From contig CAZOKY010000001.1 in assembly GCA_964580705.1 (NCBI GenBank), positions 1,224 to 65,223 on the forward strand: a stretch of 64,000 nucleotides of DNA, written 5' to 3'. Positions 46,875 to 55,570 of the stretch are shown here, piece by piece. Both the position numbers and the translations under genes were made by a program. The DNA comes from Candidatus Micrarchaeota archaeon (GTDB lineage: Archaea; Micrarchaeota; Micrarchaeia; Norongarragalinales; Norongarragalinaceae). The notes beneath the pieces were generated by a model. The model did not search any database, was not told where the DNA came from, and saw only the letters and a list, made by a program, of their open reading frames with translations. The stretch's first letter is position 1; every line of letters starts with the position of its first letter.

Positions 46875-47072
46875 TCAGTAGCGCTTGAACGGAATCAAGT
46901 CTTCCACGAAATCCACTTGCGCCACGAACATCCGGCGGCAACAGTAACGCTTGATTCCGAGGTCGTCGAGAATCTTTTCCGGTTTTTCCCCGGCTTTCAC
47001 GCGAGTCTGGTAATCGTCGTAAAACTCGGCTACGGGAAAACCGCAACTCCAACAACGAACCGGAATCAACAT
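46875..47072 (-). CDS. rpoN: RNA polymerase subunit N (Rpo10)
   Basis: MLIPVRCWSCG, LDDLGIKRYCCRRM. Confidence 0.98.
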   Translation of the reverse strand: MLIPVRCWSCGFPVAEFYDDYQTRVKAGEKPEKILDDLGIKRYCCRRMFVAQVDFVEDLIPFKRY

Positions 47073-47121
47073 TCAACGTCACCTGCACGCTTTTACCTGC
47101 TAACTTTAACCTGAAAAATGT

Positions 47122-47616
47122 TTACCTGTACGATTTCGTGAAACGCGCCCTAGCGCCCGGACCCTTGAACTTCTTCGGCTCAACGCGGCGAGGGTCTTCA
47201 ACGAGCAACGAACGATCGTATTCGATGAGACGCGTCTTCAAATCGTCGTCCCCGCTAGCCGCAACGAGCGCGCGAGCAATCGCGGTGCGCACGGCTTGAG
47301 CTTGCCCCATGCGTCCTCCGCCTCGCACTGCGACGTCTACGTCGTACTGCGCTGAAGATTCGATGAGTTGCAACGGCTCGCTTATGACGGCTCGCTCGAC
47401 GGGCGAGTGGATGGCGGCGAGCGCGAGGCCGTTGATGCGTACGACGCCTTTCCCGGGCTGCGCTGCGGGGCGGATGCTGGCGCGCGCGATCGCTTCCTTG
47501 CGTTTTCCGCGTTGCACGAGCAGTTTCTTCTTTTTTTGCCTCGCCGGTTTTTTCGCGGCGCTTGCAGCGCCTGCAGCGCCCGCGGCGCCGGCTTCAGTTT
47601 TTTTTCTTGCAGCCAT
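47122..47616 (-). CDS. rps9: 30S ribosomal protein S9
   Basis: GKRKEAIARA, GGGRMGQAQA, DPRRVEPKK..GPGARA..KSYR. Confidence 0.97.
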   Translation of the reverse strand: MAARKKTEAGAAGAAGAASAAKKPARQKKKKLLVQRGKRKEAIARASIRPAAQPGKGVVRINGLALAAIHSPVERAVISEPLQLIESSAQYDVDVAVRGGGRMGQAQAVRTAIARALVAASGDDDLKTRLIEYDRSLLVEDPRRVEPKKFKGPGARARFTKSYR

Positions 47617-47670
47617 TAAAAATCAACTCTCAAAACCAACAAACCAAACAAACGAACAGTTTACATTTCC

Positions 47671-48162
47671 TTAATTTTTCGGAGTCCAACCGAGCCTCTC
47701 ACAAATGTCGATCACGCTGACTTTGCTTCGCCCCAGCGCTTCCTGCGTCTTCGGCGGCTTCTCGCGCTTCGCGCCGTGCAATTCGCTCGGCCCCGCGCCG
47801 TAAAAAACGATTATGCGTTTGAACGCGGCGGCGCCGCGCGCGGTGTGCCACGGAAGCATGCCGCGAATCGAGCGCTTGAAAAACAAGTCGGGCCGCCTAG
47901 GCCAGTGAGCACTGTGCTCGGGATTCGCCTTGTCCTGCTGCAAGCGCCTGCGGAAGTATTTGCGAGCGATTTCTTCCGCGTTACCGGAAAAAACCGCTTT
48001 CTCGGCGTTCACGATTCGCACTTCGTTTCCCTGCAAAGCCTCGTGCGCGACGACGGCTGCAAGCCGTCCGACGATCGCGCCTTCAGCATCGTAAACGATT
48101 ATTTTCTTCACTTTGCTTTTGAGTTTGGCGTTACCGAGTTTTTGTCTTCCTTTTTCAGCCAT
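47671..48162 (-). CDS. rpl13: 50S ribosomal protein L13
   Basis: DAEGAIVGRLA, VNAEKA, RSIRGMLP. Confidence 0.96.
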   Translation of the reverse strand: MAEKGRQKLGNAKLKSKVKKIIVYDAEGAIVGRLAAVVAHEALQGNEVRIVNAEKAVFSGNAEEIARKYFRRRLQQDKANPEHSAHWPRRPDLFFKRSIRGMLPWHTARGAAAFKRIIVFYGAGPSELHGAKREKPPKTQEALGRSKVSVIDICERLGWTPKN

Positions 48163-48175
48163 AAAAAACCACGAT

Positions 48176-48538
48176 TTACAAAATTAACCTGACTTTCTTG
48201 CCTTGCGGATTGCGTTCCGCGAGCCGAGCGAGCGGAACCGCGTCGCACTTCGCCTTCTTGAGCTTGATAAGCGCCGTCTTCGACGCCTTGAAGTAACCGA
48301 TTGCGAGCGAGTGCGTAACGTCGCCTTGCGCGAGCAGCTTGCCTGGAAACGCGACGGTTTCGCCTTCCTTCGTGATGACGTTGAGGCGCGACAAATTCAA
48401 TTCGCTTCTCGCCCTCGCGGGAGCGCGCAAACGCTCGGCGCACGCAGTCCAAACCGGAGCGCTGTTCTTGCGCCCAGTTTTCTCGAGCAACGCCACCAGC
48501 TTCACCGTCGATAATGCTTCAGGACCAATACTGCTCAT
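48176..48538 (-). CDS. rpl18e: 50S ribosomal protein L18e
   Basis: APVW..AE.L, LNLSRLN, PGKLL..G, NPQG. Confidence 0.94.
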   Translation of the reverse strand: MSSIGPEALSTVKLVALLEKTGRKNSAPVWTACAERLRAPARARSELNLSRLNVITKEGETVAFPGKLLAQGDVTHSLAIGYFKASKTALIKLKKAKCDAVPLARLAERNPQGKKVRLIL

Positions 48539-48609
48539 TTCTTACCAACTTTCTTTTTCTTTTTTTGTTTTTCTTTTTTTATTTTTTATTTCCGTTTTTT
48601 AATCGTTAA

Positions 48610-48694
48610 TGCAGGGGGAGGGATTCGAACCCCCGAACCCCTAAGGGACAGGCACCTCAAGCCTGCACGTTTGACCAGGCTTCGCTACCCCTGC
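48610..48694 (-). tRNA. tRNA-Leu(GAG), no intron
   Basis: GCAGGGG...CAGGC-TT-GAG-GT-GCCTG, long variable arm, TTCGAAT T-loop. Confidence 0.96.
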
Positions 48695-48703
48695 CCATAA
48701 CCG

Positions 48704-49723
48704 CTATTCTTCCTTGTCCTTCCTCGCCTTTGACTCCTTATCCTTCTTCGCCCTGCGCTTGCTCTCCTTCTTTTCCTTCGCCGTCTGTTCGACGAGCTCC
48801 ACTTGATCGAATTGCTCCGCCGGAGCTTCGGCAGCCAACGCCTTCGCCGCCTCTTCTTGCGCGACCACAGCCGCTTCCGCGACCTTAACTTCCTGCGCAG
48901 CGCTCGCCGCCGCAACCGCTTCAGCCGCTGCAACGCGCGCGTCCTCCTCGAGCTTCTCGAGCTTCTTCGGATTCTTCACTCCTTCCTCGACGAACTCGAG
49001 TTTTTCTCCGATCAAACGCAAGCCGCGCTCCAACTGCTCGCTCGCGGAAAGGTTGTTGAACGATTCAACGAAAAAAACGAATTCACCCGGCTTCGGGCGA
49101 ACGGTAATCGCAGCCTTCGGGCACGACTCGACGCAGGATTCGCACAACAAGCATTGTTCCGGCGAAGTCAATTTGATGTGCGGCGAAATTATTTTCACTG
49201 GACAGGCTTTAACGCACTCCCCGCACTTGTCGCACTTGCTTGAAACGTGAAAGTCAGGCATCGCCGAATACGACGCGAGCGCGCTCTGAAATTTAGCGTG
49301 GTTGCGTGCGGCGCCTTGAACCGCAGTCGCCTCAAGCCTTAGTTTCTGGCCTTTGCCTAGGCGCATCAACGGAACGCGTTCGCAAAAAACGCGTATCACG
49401 GGGTCGGAACTCTGCAGTTCCCGCGAGTAAACCGTGCGCGCGGCGTCCTGTGCTTCCGCCTCGAGACTGAACGAGATTTGCGTGCCAGGCGCGACGCCTT
49501 CCTCGAAAGTCAATGGCACGAGCGCCAAACGGCTCGCCACGTATTCGTTGAACAACGGCGACGTGTTCTCGTAAAACGAAATCTCGTCTATCGCGAACGT
49601 CGGAACCTCCGCGTTCAACGTTCTTCGCAAAGCGTTCAAAAAGTGTTCGTCCGCTCCGCTGACTAAAACGCGCAGCTTGTTCGGCTGCGATTCACTTAAA
49701 GCTTCAAACTTCATTTCAACCAT
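48704..49723 (-). CDS. rpoD: RNA polymerase subunit D (Rpo3) with ferredoxin-like insert and charged C-tail
   Basis: NALRRT...VPTFAI, ENTS, RLALVPL, HAKF; CDKCGECVKACP and CLLCESCVESCP. Confidence 0.96.
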   Translation of the reverse strand: MVEMKFEALSESQPNKLRVLVSGADEHFLNALRRTLNAEVPTFAIDEISFYENTSPLFNEYVASRLALVPLTFEEGVAPGTQISFSLEAEAQDAARTVYSRELQSSDPVIRVFCERVPLMRLGKGQKLRLEATAVQGAARNHAKFQSALASYSAMPDFHVSSKCDKCGECVKACPVKIISPHIKLTSPEQCLLCESCVESCPKAAITVRPKPGEFVFFVESFNNLSASEQLERGLRLIGEKLEFVEEGVKNPKKLEKLEEDARVAAAEAVAAASAAQEVKVAEAAVVAQEEAAKALAAEAPAEQFDQVELVEQTAKEKKESKRRAKKDKESKARKDKEE

Positions 49724-49806
49724 CCGCCTTTTTTCCACGCCTTTTTTCAACGCTTTTTCCACGCCGTTCAAAAAACGGTTTTCGGTTTCAGCAAACGCTT
49801 TAAATC

Positions 49807-50376
49807 TTAAACTCTCCTTCCGCGTTTACCGCCCGGACGGCGAGTAGTGTCAGTAGGAATCGGAGTCGCGTCCTCGATTTTACCTATGCGCAAACCCGAA
49901 CGCGCCAACGCGCGAATAGACGCTTGCGCTCCCGAGCCGGGAGTTTTCGAACCGTGTCCGCCGGGCGCGCGCACGCGCACGTGAACGCCCGTAATGCCGC
50001 GTTCCTTCGCTTTTTCGGCGGCTTTGAAAGTCGCCTGCATCGAGGCGTACGGCCCGCCTTCCTCGCGATCCGCTTTCACGATCATTCCGCCGCTGGCAGC
50101 CGAAATCGTTTCAGCGCCGCTCAAATCCGTAATCGTGATAATAGTGTCGTTCTTGCTGGAGTAAATGTGCGCTACGCCCCACAACTCGTGGCGCGAAACA
50201 GGCGCGTAATCGCGGCGAGGCTGAGCCGACGCTTGTTGCGTCGAAGACGCCTGCTGCGCTGACGCTTGCTGCGTTGAAGCCGGAGCTGCTTGCGCTGAAA
50301 GCGCTGCGGGCGCGGCTTTCGTTGCAGCGGGTTGCGCGGCAACCGCTTCCTCAACTTTCTTTTCTTCTTCAGCCAT
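49807..50376 (-). CDS. rps11: 30S ribosomal protein S11
   Basis: [40 protein letters not shown]. Confidence 0.97.
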   Translation of the reverse strand: MAEEEKKVEEAVAAQPAATKAAPAALSAQAAPASTQQASAQQASSTQQASAQPRRDYAPVSRHELWGVAHIYSSKNDTIITITDLSGAETISAASGGMIVKADREEGGPYASMQATFKAAEKAKERGITGVHVRVRAPGGHGSKTPGSGAQASIRALARSGLRIGKIEDATPIPTDTTRRPGGKRGRRV

Positions 50377-50420
50377 TGAAAACAATCCACTCAACAAACG
50401 GTTAATGAAAACTTAAAAAC

Positions 50421-51050
50421 TCACTTGTTCTCTTCTTTCGTTTCCTCTTTCGCTTCCGAAGGCTTCACTTCCGGCTCTGCTTCGGTTTTCGCTTCGGCCT
50501 TAGGCGTCTCCGGCTTCGCTTCTCCGACTGCGCGGGCGTCACGGGAAGCGGAAGGCGCGGGCGCGTTGCCCGAAACGGGTTTCCCGAACCAGTCAACAAT
50601 GCTTTCCTCGCTGAACTTCACTAAGTACGAAGGAGCGCCGACGCGTTTCGCGTCCACACCCACGTGACCGTGAACGATTAACTGCCTCGCCTGCCTCGTC
50701 GTCTGCGCCAAGCGCTTCTTGAAAACGATTGACTGCAATCGGCGGGCCAAAATGTCGCGAACGTCGAGCGCGAGAATGTCGTCGAGCGTGCAAGCCGGAT
50801 TATTCAACAAAAACGAGCGAACACGCTTCAGCAAGCGTTCCGTCCTCTCTTCGATGTTCTTACCTTTCTTGGAAAGCAGGCGGCGGGCTTCGCGGCGAGT
50901 CTTGCGCAACATCGTGCGCATACGCCAAAGCTCGCGCGAGTTCTTCAACCCGAATTCCTCACGCAACGAAGAATCTTCATCGATGCGCTTGTGCTCCCAC
51001 AATTTTTTCGGGGTTTCGTACTGCTTGCGAGCTTTCTTCGGGTCTCCCAT
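50421..51050 (-). CDS. rps4: 30S ribosomal protein S4
   Basis: MGDPKK..K.YETP, GLKNSRELW, RRLQ, QARQLIVHGH. Confidence 0.97.
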   Translation of the reverse strand: MGDPKKARKQYETPKKLWEHKRIDEDSSLREEFGLKNSRELWRMRTMLRKTRREARRLLSKKGKNIEERTERLLKRVRSFLLNNPACTLDDILALDVRDILARRLQSIVFKKRLAQTTRQARQLIVHGHVGVDAKRVGAPSYLVKFSEESIVDWFGKPVSGNAPAPSASRDARAVGEAKPETPKAEAKTEAEPEVKPSEAKEETKEENK

Positions 51051-51099
51051 TAAAACACAACCTTGAAATCAAAACACTAAAAACTAATTTTTCTTACTT

Positions 51100-51822
51100 T
51101 CATTGCTTCTTTTCTTTTTCCCCGCCTTTCTCCTGAGCGCCGGTTGCCGCAGCGGCTTTCTGCGCCTTCAACGCCTTCTTGAGCACTCCCACCGTCAAAC
51201 CGCTTCGCCCCGTAGTGCGCGAGTGCTGCCCGCGGACGCGTTGCCCGAGTCCGAAACGGTAGCCTTTCCACGAGCGCGTGTTGCGTTCGCCTTCAATGTC
51301 CTGGCGCAACGAAAACTGCAAATCACTCATCGTAAGATGCTTGTCCGTCCCAGCCGCCTTGTCGCGCACGCGATTGAGCTGGAACGAACGAACGCCGTGT
51401 TTTTCCGGGAAGCGGACGATTTCCTCGATTGCGGCGAGTTGCTCGTCCTTCATTTCGCCAACCCACTCGCTTTCCTTCAACCCCAATTCTTTGCGGGCTG
51501 CACGCGCGACGTTCGACGCGATAGCGTGCCCGACTCCCTTGATTTTGCGGAGCGCGCTGCGCAGGGGAGTATGTCCTTCGATGTCTTTCCCGAGAATGCG
51601 GACGATTCCTTTAAAGTCCTTGCTTTCCTTCCCCGTCATCTTGACGGTAATTCCTTTGTAAGCCTGCGGACCGCGCGTTGCGCCGGCGGCAGCTGCCGCT
51701 TGCGCGGCTTTCGCTTCCTGTTTCGAACCCGGCTTCGTGATGACGGCGCGCGATTGCTCGGCGGCTTTCGCTGGCGCTGCAGGTTTTTGCGATTGATTCT
51801 TCGTTTTGTCGTCAGCCAACAC
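51100..51822 (-). CDS. rps13: 30S ribosomal protein S13
   Basis: IVRILGKDI, IKGVG, SWKGYR, RVRGQHSRTTGR. Confidence 0.96.
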   Translation of the reverse strand: MLADDKTKNQSQKPAAPAKAAEQSRAVITKPGSKQEAKAAQAAAAAGATRGPQAYKGITVKMTGKESKDFKGIVRILGKDIEGHTPLRSALRKIKGVGHAIASNVARAARKELGLKESEWVGEMKDEQLAAIEEIVRFPEKHGVRSFQLNRVRDKAAGTDKHLTMSDLQFSLRQDIEGERNTRSWKGYRFGLGQRVRGQHSRTTGRSGLTVGVLKKALKAQKAAAATGAQEKGGEKEKKQ

Positions 51823-51859
51823 GAATCACTCTGAACGCTGAATAACGAATAAAAGCAAG

Positions 51860-52047
51860 CGCCGGGACTGAGAAATCCGCGACTCTCGCGATCGTTCTGT
51901 TTTTCGATCTTTTTTCGAGAGAAGTTTCGAACTCAGGAGGCCCTTACGGGCCACAAGCTCCCCGGAAATCAAGACGGATACGCCTGTTTTTCAGGCAGTC
52001 CGAAAAAAGTTTTCCAGGCCTGCGCATTACCGCTCTGCCATCCCGGC
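51860..52047 (-). tRNA. tRNA-Ser(GGA) with two 52-nt introns at 37/38 (51960-52011) and 59/60 (51874-51925)
   Basis: GCCGGGA acceptor, CAGGC-CT-GGA-A|A-GCTTG, long variable arm, CTGAG-TTCGAA|T-CTCAG, G73; 84-nt mature form; BHB-like junctions. Confidence 0.93.
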
Positions 52048-52096
52048 GCAAACAATGTTTTGCGCCCAGCGCTTTAAAAAAGCGTTGGCGAAAAGC

Positions 52097-52161
52097 AGAA
52101 CGCAATGCTTCCTTTGAGCCGCGCGGCACGCACGAAGCGGGCTCGCGTTCCCTCGAAAGAG
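52097..52161 (-). ncRNA. Candidate small structured RNA (pseudoknot)
   Basis: GAACGC/GCGTTC, GAGCC/GGCTC and crossing GCTTC/GAAGC pairings; TATA-like box at 52183-52190. Confidence 0.4.
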
Positions 52162-52230
52162 TAATTATTTCCCGCGCGGAGCTTTAAAAAGCCTTCGAAA
52201 GAGAGGAAAACCAAAAACTAAAGTAAACAA

Positions 52231-53166
52231 CTAGAACGCGTGAATCACGCGGGAAACGTCGAACGCGAGGCCGTTCCTCCGCCCCTTGATTTCATCGCTC
52301 GAAAGCAGCGCGTCCGCGAAACAGACGAGTTCGCCTTTCAAACTCAAAATCTGCACCGCCTCACCCTTCGCGATTCCTTCGTCAAGCGAGCAAATACCGG
52401 GAATCGCGAGGTGCGCTCCCGTAGTAATCGGGCGCAACGCGTCGTCGTCCGCGACTACTCGCTTCAAGTGAATCGCTTCCTCTAAAGGCAAAACGCATTC
52501 GCGCAACGGCGCCTCGTTCTTTTTCTTTCCGTTCTCCTTCGCGAGCCAAACGCGGTCGCTCAACTCTTGAAGAGTAACGCACTGTTCTTCCGTAAAGGTA
52601 GCCGCTTCCGTCCTGCGCAGCTCAGCCATTACCGCCGCGTCGTTCACGACTTCCCCTAAATCGCGGACTAGAGCGCGAACGTAAAACCCCGCTTCCACGT
52701 CGCATTGAAACAACGCGAATCTTTCATTCACTTCAAGCAAGTCGAGGGAAAAAACCTCTCTTATCCTGAGGCGTTTCGCTACCGCGCTCGCTAGCGGCGG
52801 CGTCTGATAAATTTTTCCTCGGAAGCGCGAAAACGTTTTCTCCAGCGTGGCGGCCTTGATTGGTTTTTCAAACCGCGTGATGCAAACGTACTTCTTGCGT
52901 TGCTTCGACAGGAAGCCGCTGGCTTTGCACGCGTCGTTCAGCATCACGGGCAATACGCCGCTGACGTCGGGATCCAGCGTCCCGCTGTGCCCGGTTTTCT
53001 GCACGCCGAAACCGCTCAGGATTTTGCGTACGAAAGCGCTCGTCTCGTGCGAAGACGGACCGCAAGGCTTGTCGATTAACGCGACGCCGAAACGCAGGTA
53101 ATCGTTAAGCGGGCGCTCGCGCGGCGCAACGCCTAAAACGCCTTCCTGCTTGCGGAGAGTAATCAT
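52231..53166 (-). CDS. cbf5: H/ACA pseudouridine synthase Cbf5 (TruB family)
   Basis: IDKPCGPSSH, GHSGTLDP, IYQTPP, AGFYVR, ELRRT, PUA domain. Confidence 0.96.
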   Translation of the reverse strand: MITLRKQEGVLGVAPRERPLNDYLRFGVALIDKPCGPSSHETSAFVRKILSGFGVQKTGHSGTLDPDVSGVLPVMLNDACKASGFLSKQRKKYVCITRFEKPIKAATLEKTFSRFRGKIYQTPPLASAVAKRLRIREVFSLDLLEVNERFALFQCDVEAGFYVRALVRDLGEVVNDAAVMAELRRTEAATFTEEQCVTLQELSDRVWLAKENGKKKNEAPLRECVLPLEEAIHLKRVVADDDALRPITTGAHLAIPGICSLDEGIAKGEAVQILSLKGELVCFADALLSSDEIKGRRNGLAFDVSRVIHAF

Positions 53167-53202
53167 TTCGAATCGTTTTTAATTCAAGCAACGGCTTAAT
53201 TA

Positions 53203-53676
53203 ATGCTTATGCAACCGAAAAGAGTTGAACCTCTCGGACCAATCGAACAGCTCGTCGAAGGCCACCGTTTCTTGGGAACTGAGTTTTTTCATTATTCAGT
53301 CGTTCCTCCTCGCCCCGACACCAACGATTTGACGAGAATACGGCTGGCAATCGCAGCAAGAGGTGACTGGGACCACGCGAAGTTGATGGAACAAACGTAC
53401 TACAAGCGAATCGGAATTGAAGTCAAAGATTCGGATACGGAAAAACAGACGAACCACAAACGAAACGGAGCCGAAGTTGAAGAGCCGTCTGCGGAAATAG
53501 TTCTCCAGACGAAGCTAAGCCAAAAAGAAATAGACGAGATAATGACACAATTAAAAATAAAGAAACGCGAAATAGGCGAAGCAATGAAACCGGAAACAAA
53601 AAACCCACAAAAAGACGAAACAGCAATACAATTAGAAATAAGGAAACAGTTAGAACTAAGGAGCCGCCGAAACTAG
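53203..53676 (+). CDS. Hypothetical protein (ORFan) antisense within the ribosomal cluster
   Basis: 157-aa ORF filling the L14e-cbf5 gap; stop overlaps the L14e stop (CTAG). Confidence 0.6.
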   Translation: MLMQPKRVEPLGPIEQLVEGHRFLGTEFFHYSVVPPRPDTNDLTRIRLAIAARGDWDHAKLMEQTYYKRIGIEVKDSDTEKQTNHKRNGAEVEEPSAEIVLQTKLSQKEIDEIMTQLKIKKREIGEAMKPETKNPQKDETAIQLEIRKQLELRSRRN

Positions 53677-53840
53677 TCGAGGAGTTCCAAGTGCAGTACG
53701 TTGCAGCGCTTCTCCTTGCCTTTCTTGTCCTTAACCATCACGAAATTACGGTCGACGAGCTTCGTGATTTCCATCGTCTCGCCCGCTTTTCGTCCCGTGA
53801 GCTTGACTGCCTTTCTACCGACTTTCAACGCGCTAGCCAT
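53673..53840 (-). CDS. rpl14e: 50S ribosomal protein L14e (55 aa)
   Basis: Manual translation MASALKVGRKAVKLTGRKAGETMEITKLVDRNFVMVKDKKGKEKRCNVLHLELLD; after cmk; not in ORF track. Confidence 0.93.
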   Translation of the reverse strand: MASALKVGRKAVKLTGRKAGETMEITKLVDRNFVMVKDKKGKEKRCNVLHLELLD

Positions 53841-53873
53841 AAAACAAAATCACCTTAAACGCTTCAAACGCTT

Positions 53874-54557
53874 TCAACGTTTTTTCTTTTTCCCAGCTTG
53901 TTTCTTAATCTTTTGCTTCTTCAACCGCTTAACGAGTTTGCGTTTGAGAGTAATTTTCTTTCCGCGCTTCCTTTTAATTCTTGTCTTAGAGACAAAACCA
54001 GCTTTTTCCCGTGCCAGCTTCACAATCGCTTCAACAACTTGCTTCGCGTTATTACGCTCGCCGTCGATTACGACGCACCCGCGCGGCAAACGCTTGACGT
54101 CCACGCCGTACAACCGACGGTAACGCAACGCGTTCTCCACGTCGCGACGCCGCGTGAAAGCCAGCGAATCGCGAAACGCGACGCCGTCCTCCTTCGCGCG
54201 CCTCTTCGCGCGCACCCGCAGCGGCACGTCCAGCCACACTTTCAAGTCGAACGCGGGCGGACGCAACGCGCCGCACCTGCGCCACACGCGCGAATCGTCG
54301 AGCCACACCGCAAGGCGCGAGGCGATGACGCAGGCGCGCGAGCGCGCAGCCAAATCGCATTGCTTGCGTTCGATGCGCAAATCGTGCTTCGGGAAATCGC
54401 GGAGCGCCAGTTCCTGCATTCGACCGAGCGATACGCCTCGCTCGCGGGCGAGAGTGCGGAGAGTGTAATTCAATTGCTTGAGCTTGAGCTTGCGGCTTGA
54501 GAGGCGCGCAGCAGTCGTCGCTCCGCAACCGCTGAAACCCGAAATGGCTATTCGCAC
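53874..54557 (-). CDS. cmk: Cytidylate kinase, archaeal type
   Basis: IAISGFSGCGATT, LRTLARERG, SRLA, WLDVPLRVRAKR, RYRRLYGVD; L34e-cmk-L14e synteny. Confidence 0.88.
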   Translation of the reverse strand: MRIAISGFSGCGATTAARLSSRKLKLKQLNYTLRTLARERGVSLGRMQELALRDFPKHDLRIERKQCDLAARSRACVIASRLAVWLDDSRVWRRCGALRPPAFDLKVWLDVPLRVRAKRRAKEDGVAFRDSLAFTRRRDVENALRYRRLYGVDVKRLPRGCVVIDGERNNAKQVVEAIVKLAREKAGFVSKTRIKRKRGKKITLKRKLVKRLKKQKIKKQAGKKKKR

Positions 54558-54598
54558 GACAACCCCCACCAACTAACCGACGATTTAAATTTAGCGCT

Positions 54599-54916
54599 TC
54601 AACGCTTGAGGGCTTCAACCCACTTCAAACGCGCTACGGGCACTTCTTCCTTGGCAACGACGCCAGCCTTCAAACGCGTCCTGTCGCGCACGACTAGCGA
54701 AACGCATTTACCGCAAAGAACGCCGCCGAAAACTCGTTCCGGACGCTTTTCCGTCTTCGCGAGGCGCGCTTTCACGCGCGGAACGCCTTGCATCTTGCAG
54801 CTGCACAACGCGCAGTGCGCGATACCCGGAATGCGCTTCTTGTAAATCACCACGCGGTGCCCTGCCGGCGACCTGCGTTTGAGTACGCGCTTGCGACGAA
54901 AAGCTTTCGAAACCAT
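54599..54916 (-). CDS. rpl34e: 50S ribosomal protein L34e
   Basis: CALC...GVP, KTEKRPERVFGGVLC..C. Confidence 0.95.
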   Translation of the reverse strand: MVSKAFRRKRVLKRRSPAGHRVVIYKKRIPGIAHCALCSCKMQGVPRVKARLAKTEKRPERVFGGVLCGKCVSLVVRDRTRLKAGVVAKEEVPVARLKWVEALKR

Positions 54917-54994
54917 TTTGTTTATCCACCACCGTTTTTATGCTGCGATTGAAACGCAAAGAAACGCAAATCGTTTTGCAAATCGTTTTTGTGT

Positions 54995-55504
54995 TTAGCC
55001 CCGCTTAAATAGTTTTGCGATTCCGCCCAACGCGCGCGCTTCAACCTTAGTCCACAACAACTCCACTACCAGCATTCCAGCGACAACCGTGCTCCAAATG
55101 AAGAAACCGCGCGCGCCGAAAGTAGGCCGCCAAGCGGACGCGTTCCAGAAATCTATTCCTCCGGGAAGCGAAAACGGAAGCGTAATCGAGTAATTCGGGA
55201 ACAACGCCGGCAAAACGTAATTCCAAATAATGTAGTACAACGGGATTATGACGATGAACGCGCGAAACGGCAGAAACATCGTCTGCATCATCGCATCGTT
55301 CATCTCCTTCTCGCGCGACTGCAGTTCCTTCAACTTCGCTTCATCGTTGCGCTTCATCGCGTCCTGCATTTCCTTCATGTGGTCGTTGAAGCGCTTCTGC
55401 TTCGCGCGCACTTCGTCGCGCTTGCCGAGCGTCTTGTTCACGGCGTAGCTGACGAAAGCGAAGACAACCGAGAAAACAATAATCCAAAAAGTCGCTTCAC
55501 GCAT
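54995..55504 (-). CDS. EMC3/TMCO1 (DUF106, Oxa1 superfamily) membrane protein
   Basis: TM - coiled coil - Met-rich TM - TM architecture directly after secY. Confidence 0.85.
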   Translation of the reverse strand: MREATFWIIVFSVVFAFVSYAVNKTLGKRDEVRAKQKRFNDHMKEMQDAMKRNDEAKLKELQSREKEMNDAMMQTMFLPFRAFIVIIPLYYIIWNYVLPALFPNYSITLPFSLPGGIDFWNASAWRPTFGARGFFIWSTVVAGMLVVELLWTKVEARALGGIAKLFKRG

Positions 55505-55570
55505 GAAAACCAGCCCCCCCAAAAAACCTGAAACCAAAGCCAAAAACGCAAAAAAAACTCAAAAAAATAA

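Noticed and set aside
46810..46876. 8-bp inverted repeat GAGTTCAC/GTGAACTC upstream of the LAGLIDADG gene as element ends
   Set aside because: It is short, brackets only the spacer rather than the gene, and could arise by chance.
51960..52011. C/D box guide RNA inside a tRNA intron
   Set aside because: A CTGA is present, but there is no RUGAUGA C box in any of the four introns.
52090..52165. HDV-like/theta ribozyme or H/ACA guide interpretation of the pseudoknot
   Set aside because: No P1.1 GG, no P4 or catalytic C in a J4/2 strand, and no bipartite pocket, K-turn or terminal ACA. Kept only as an unclassified RNA candidate.
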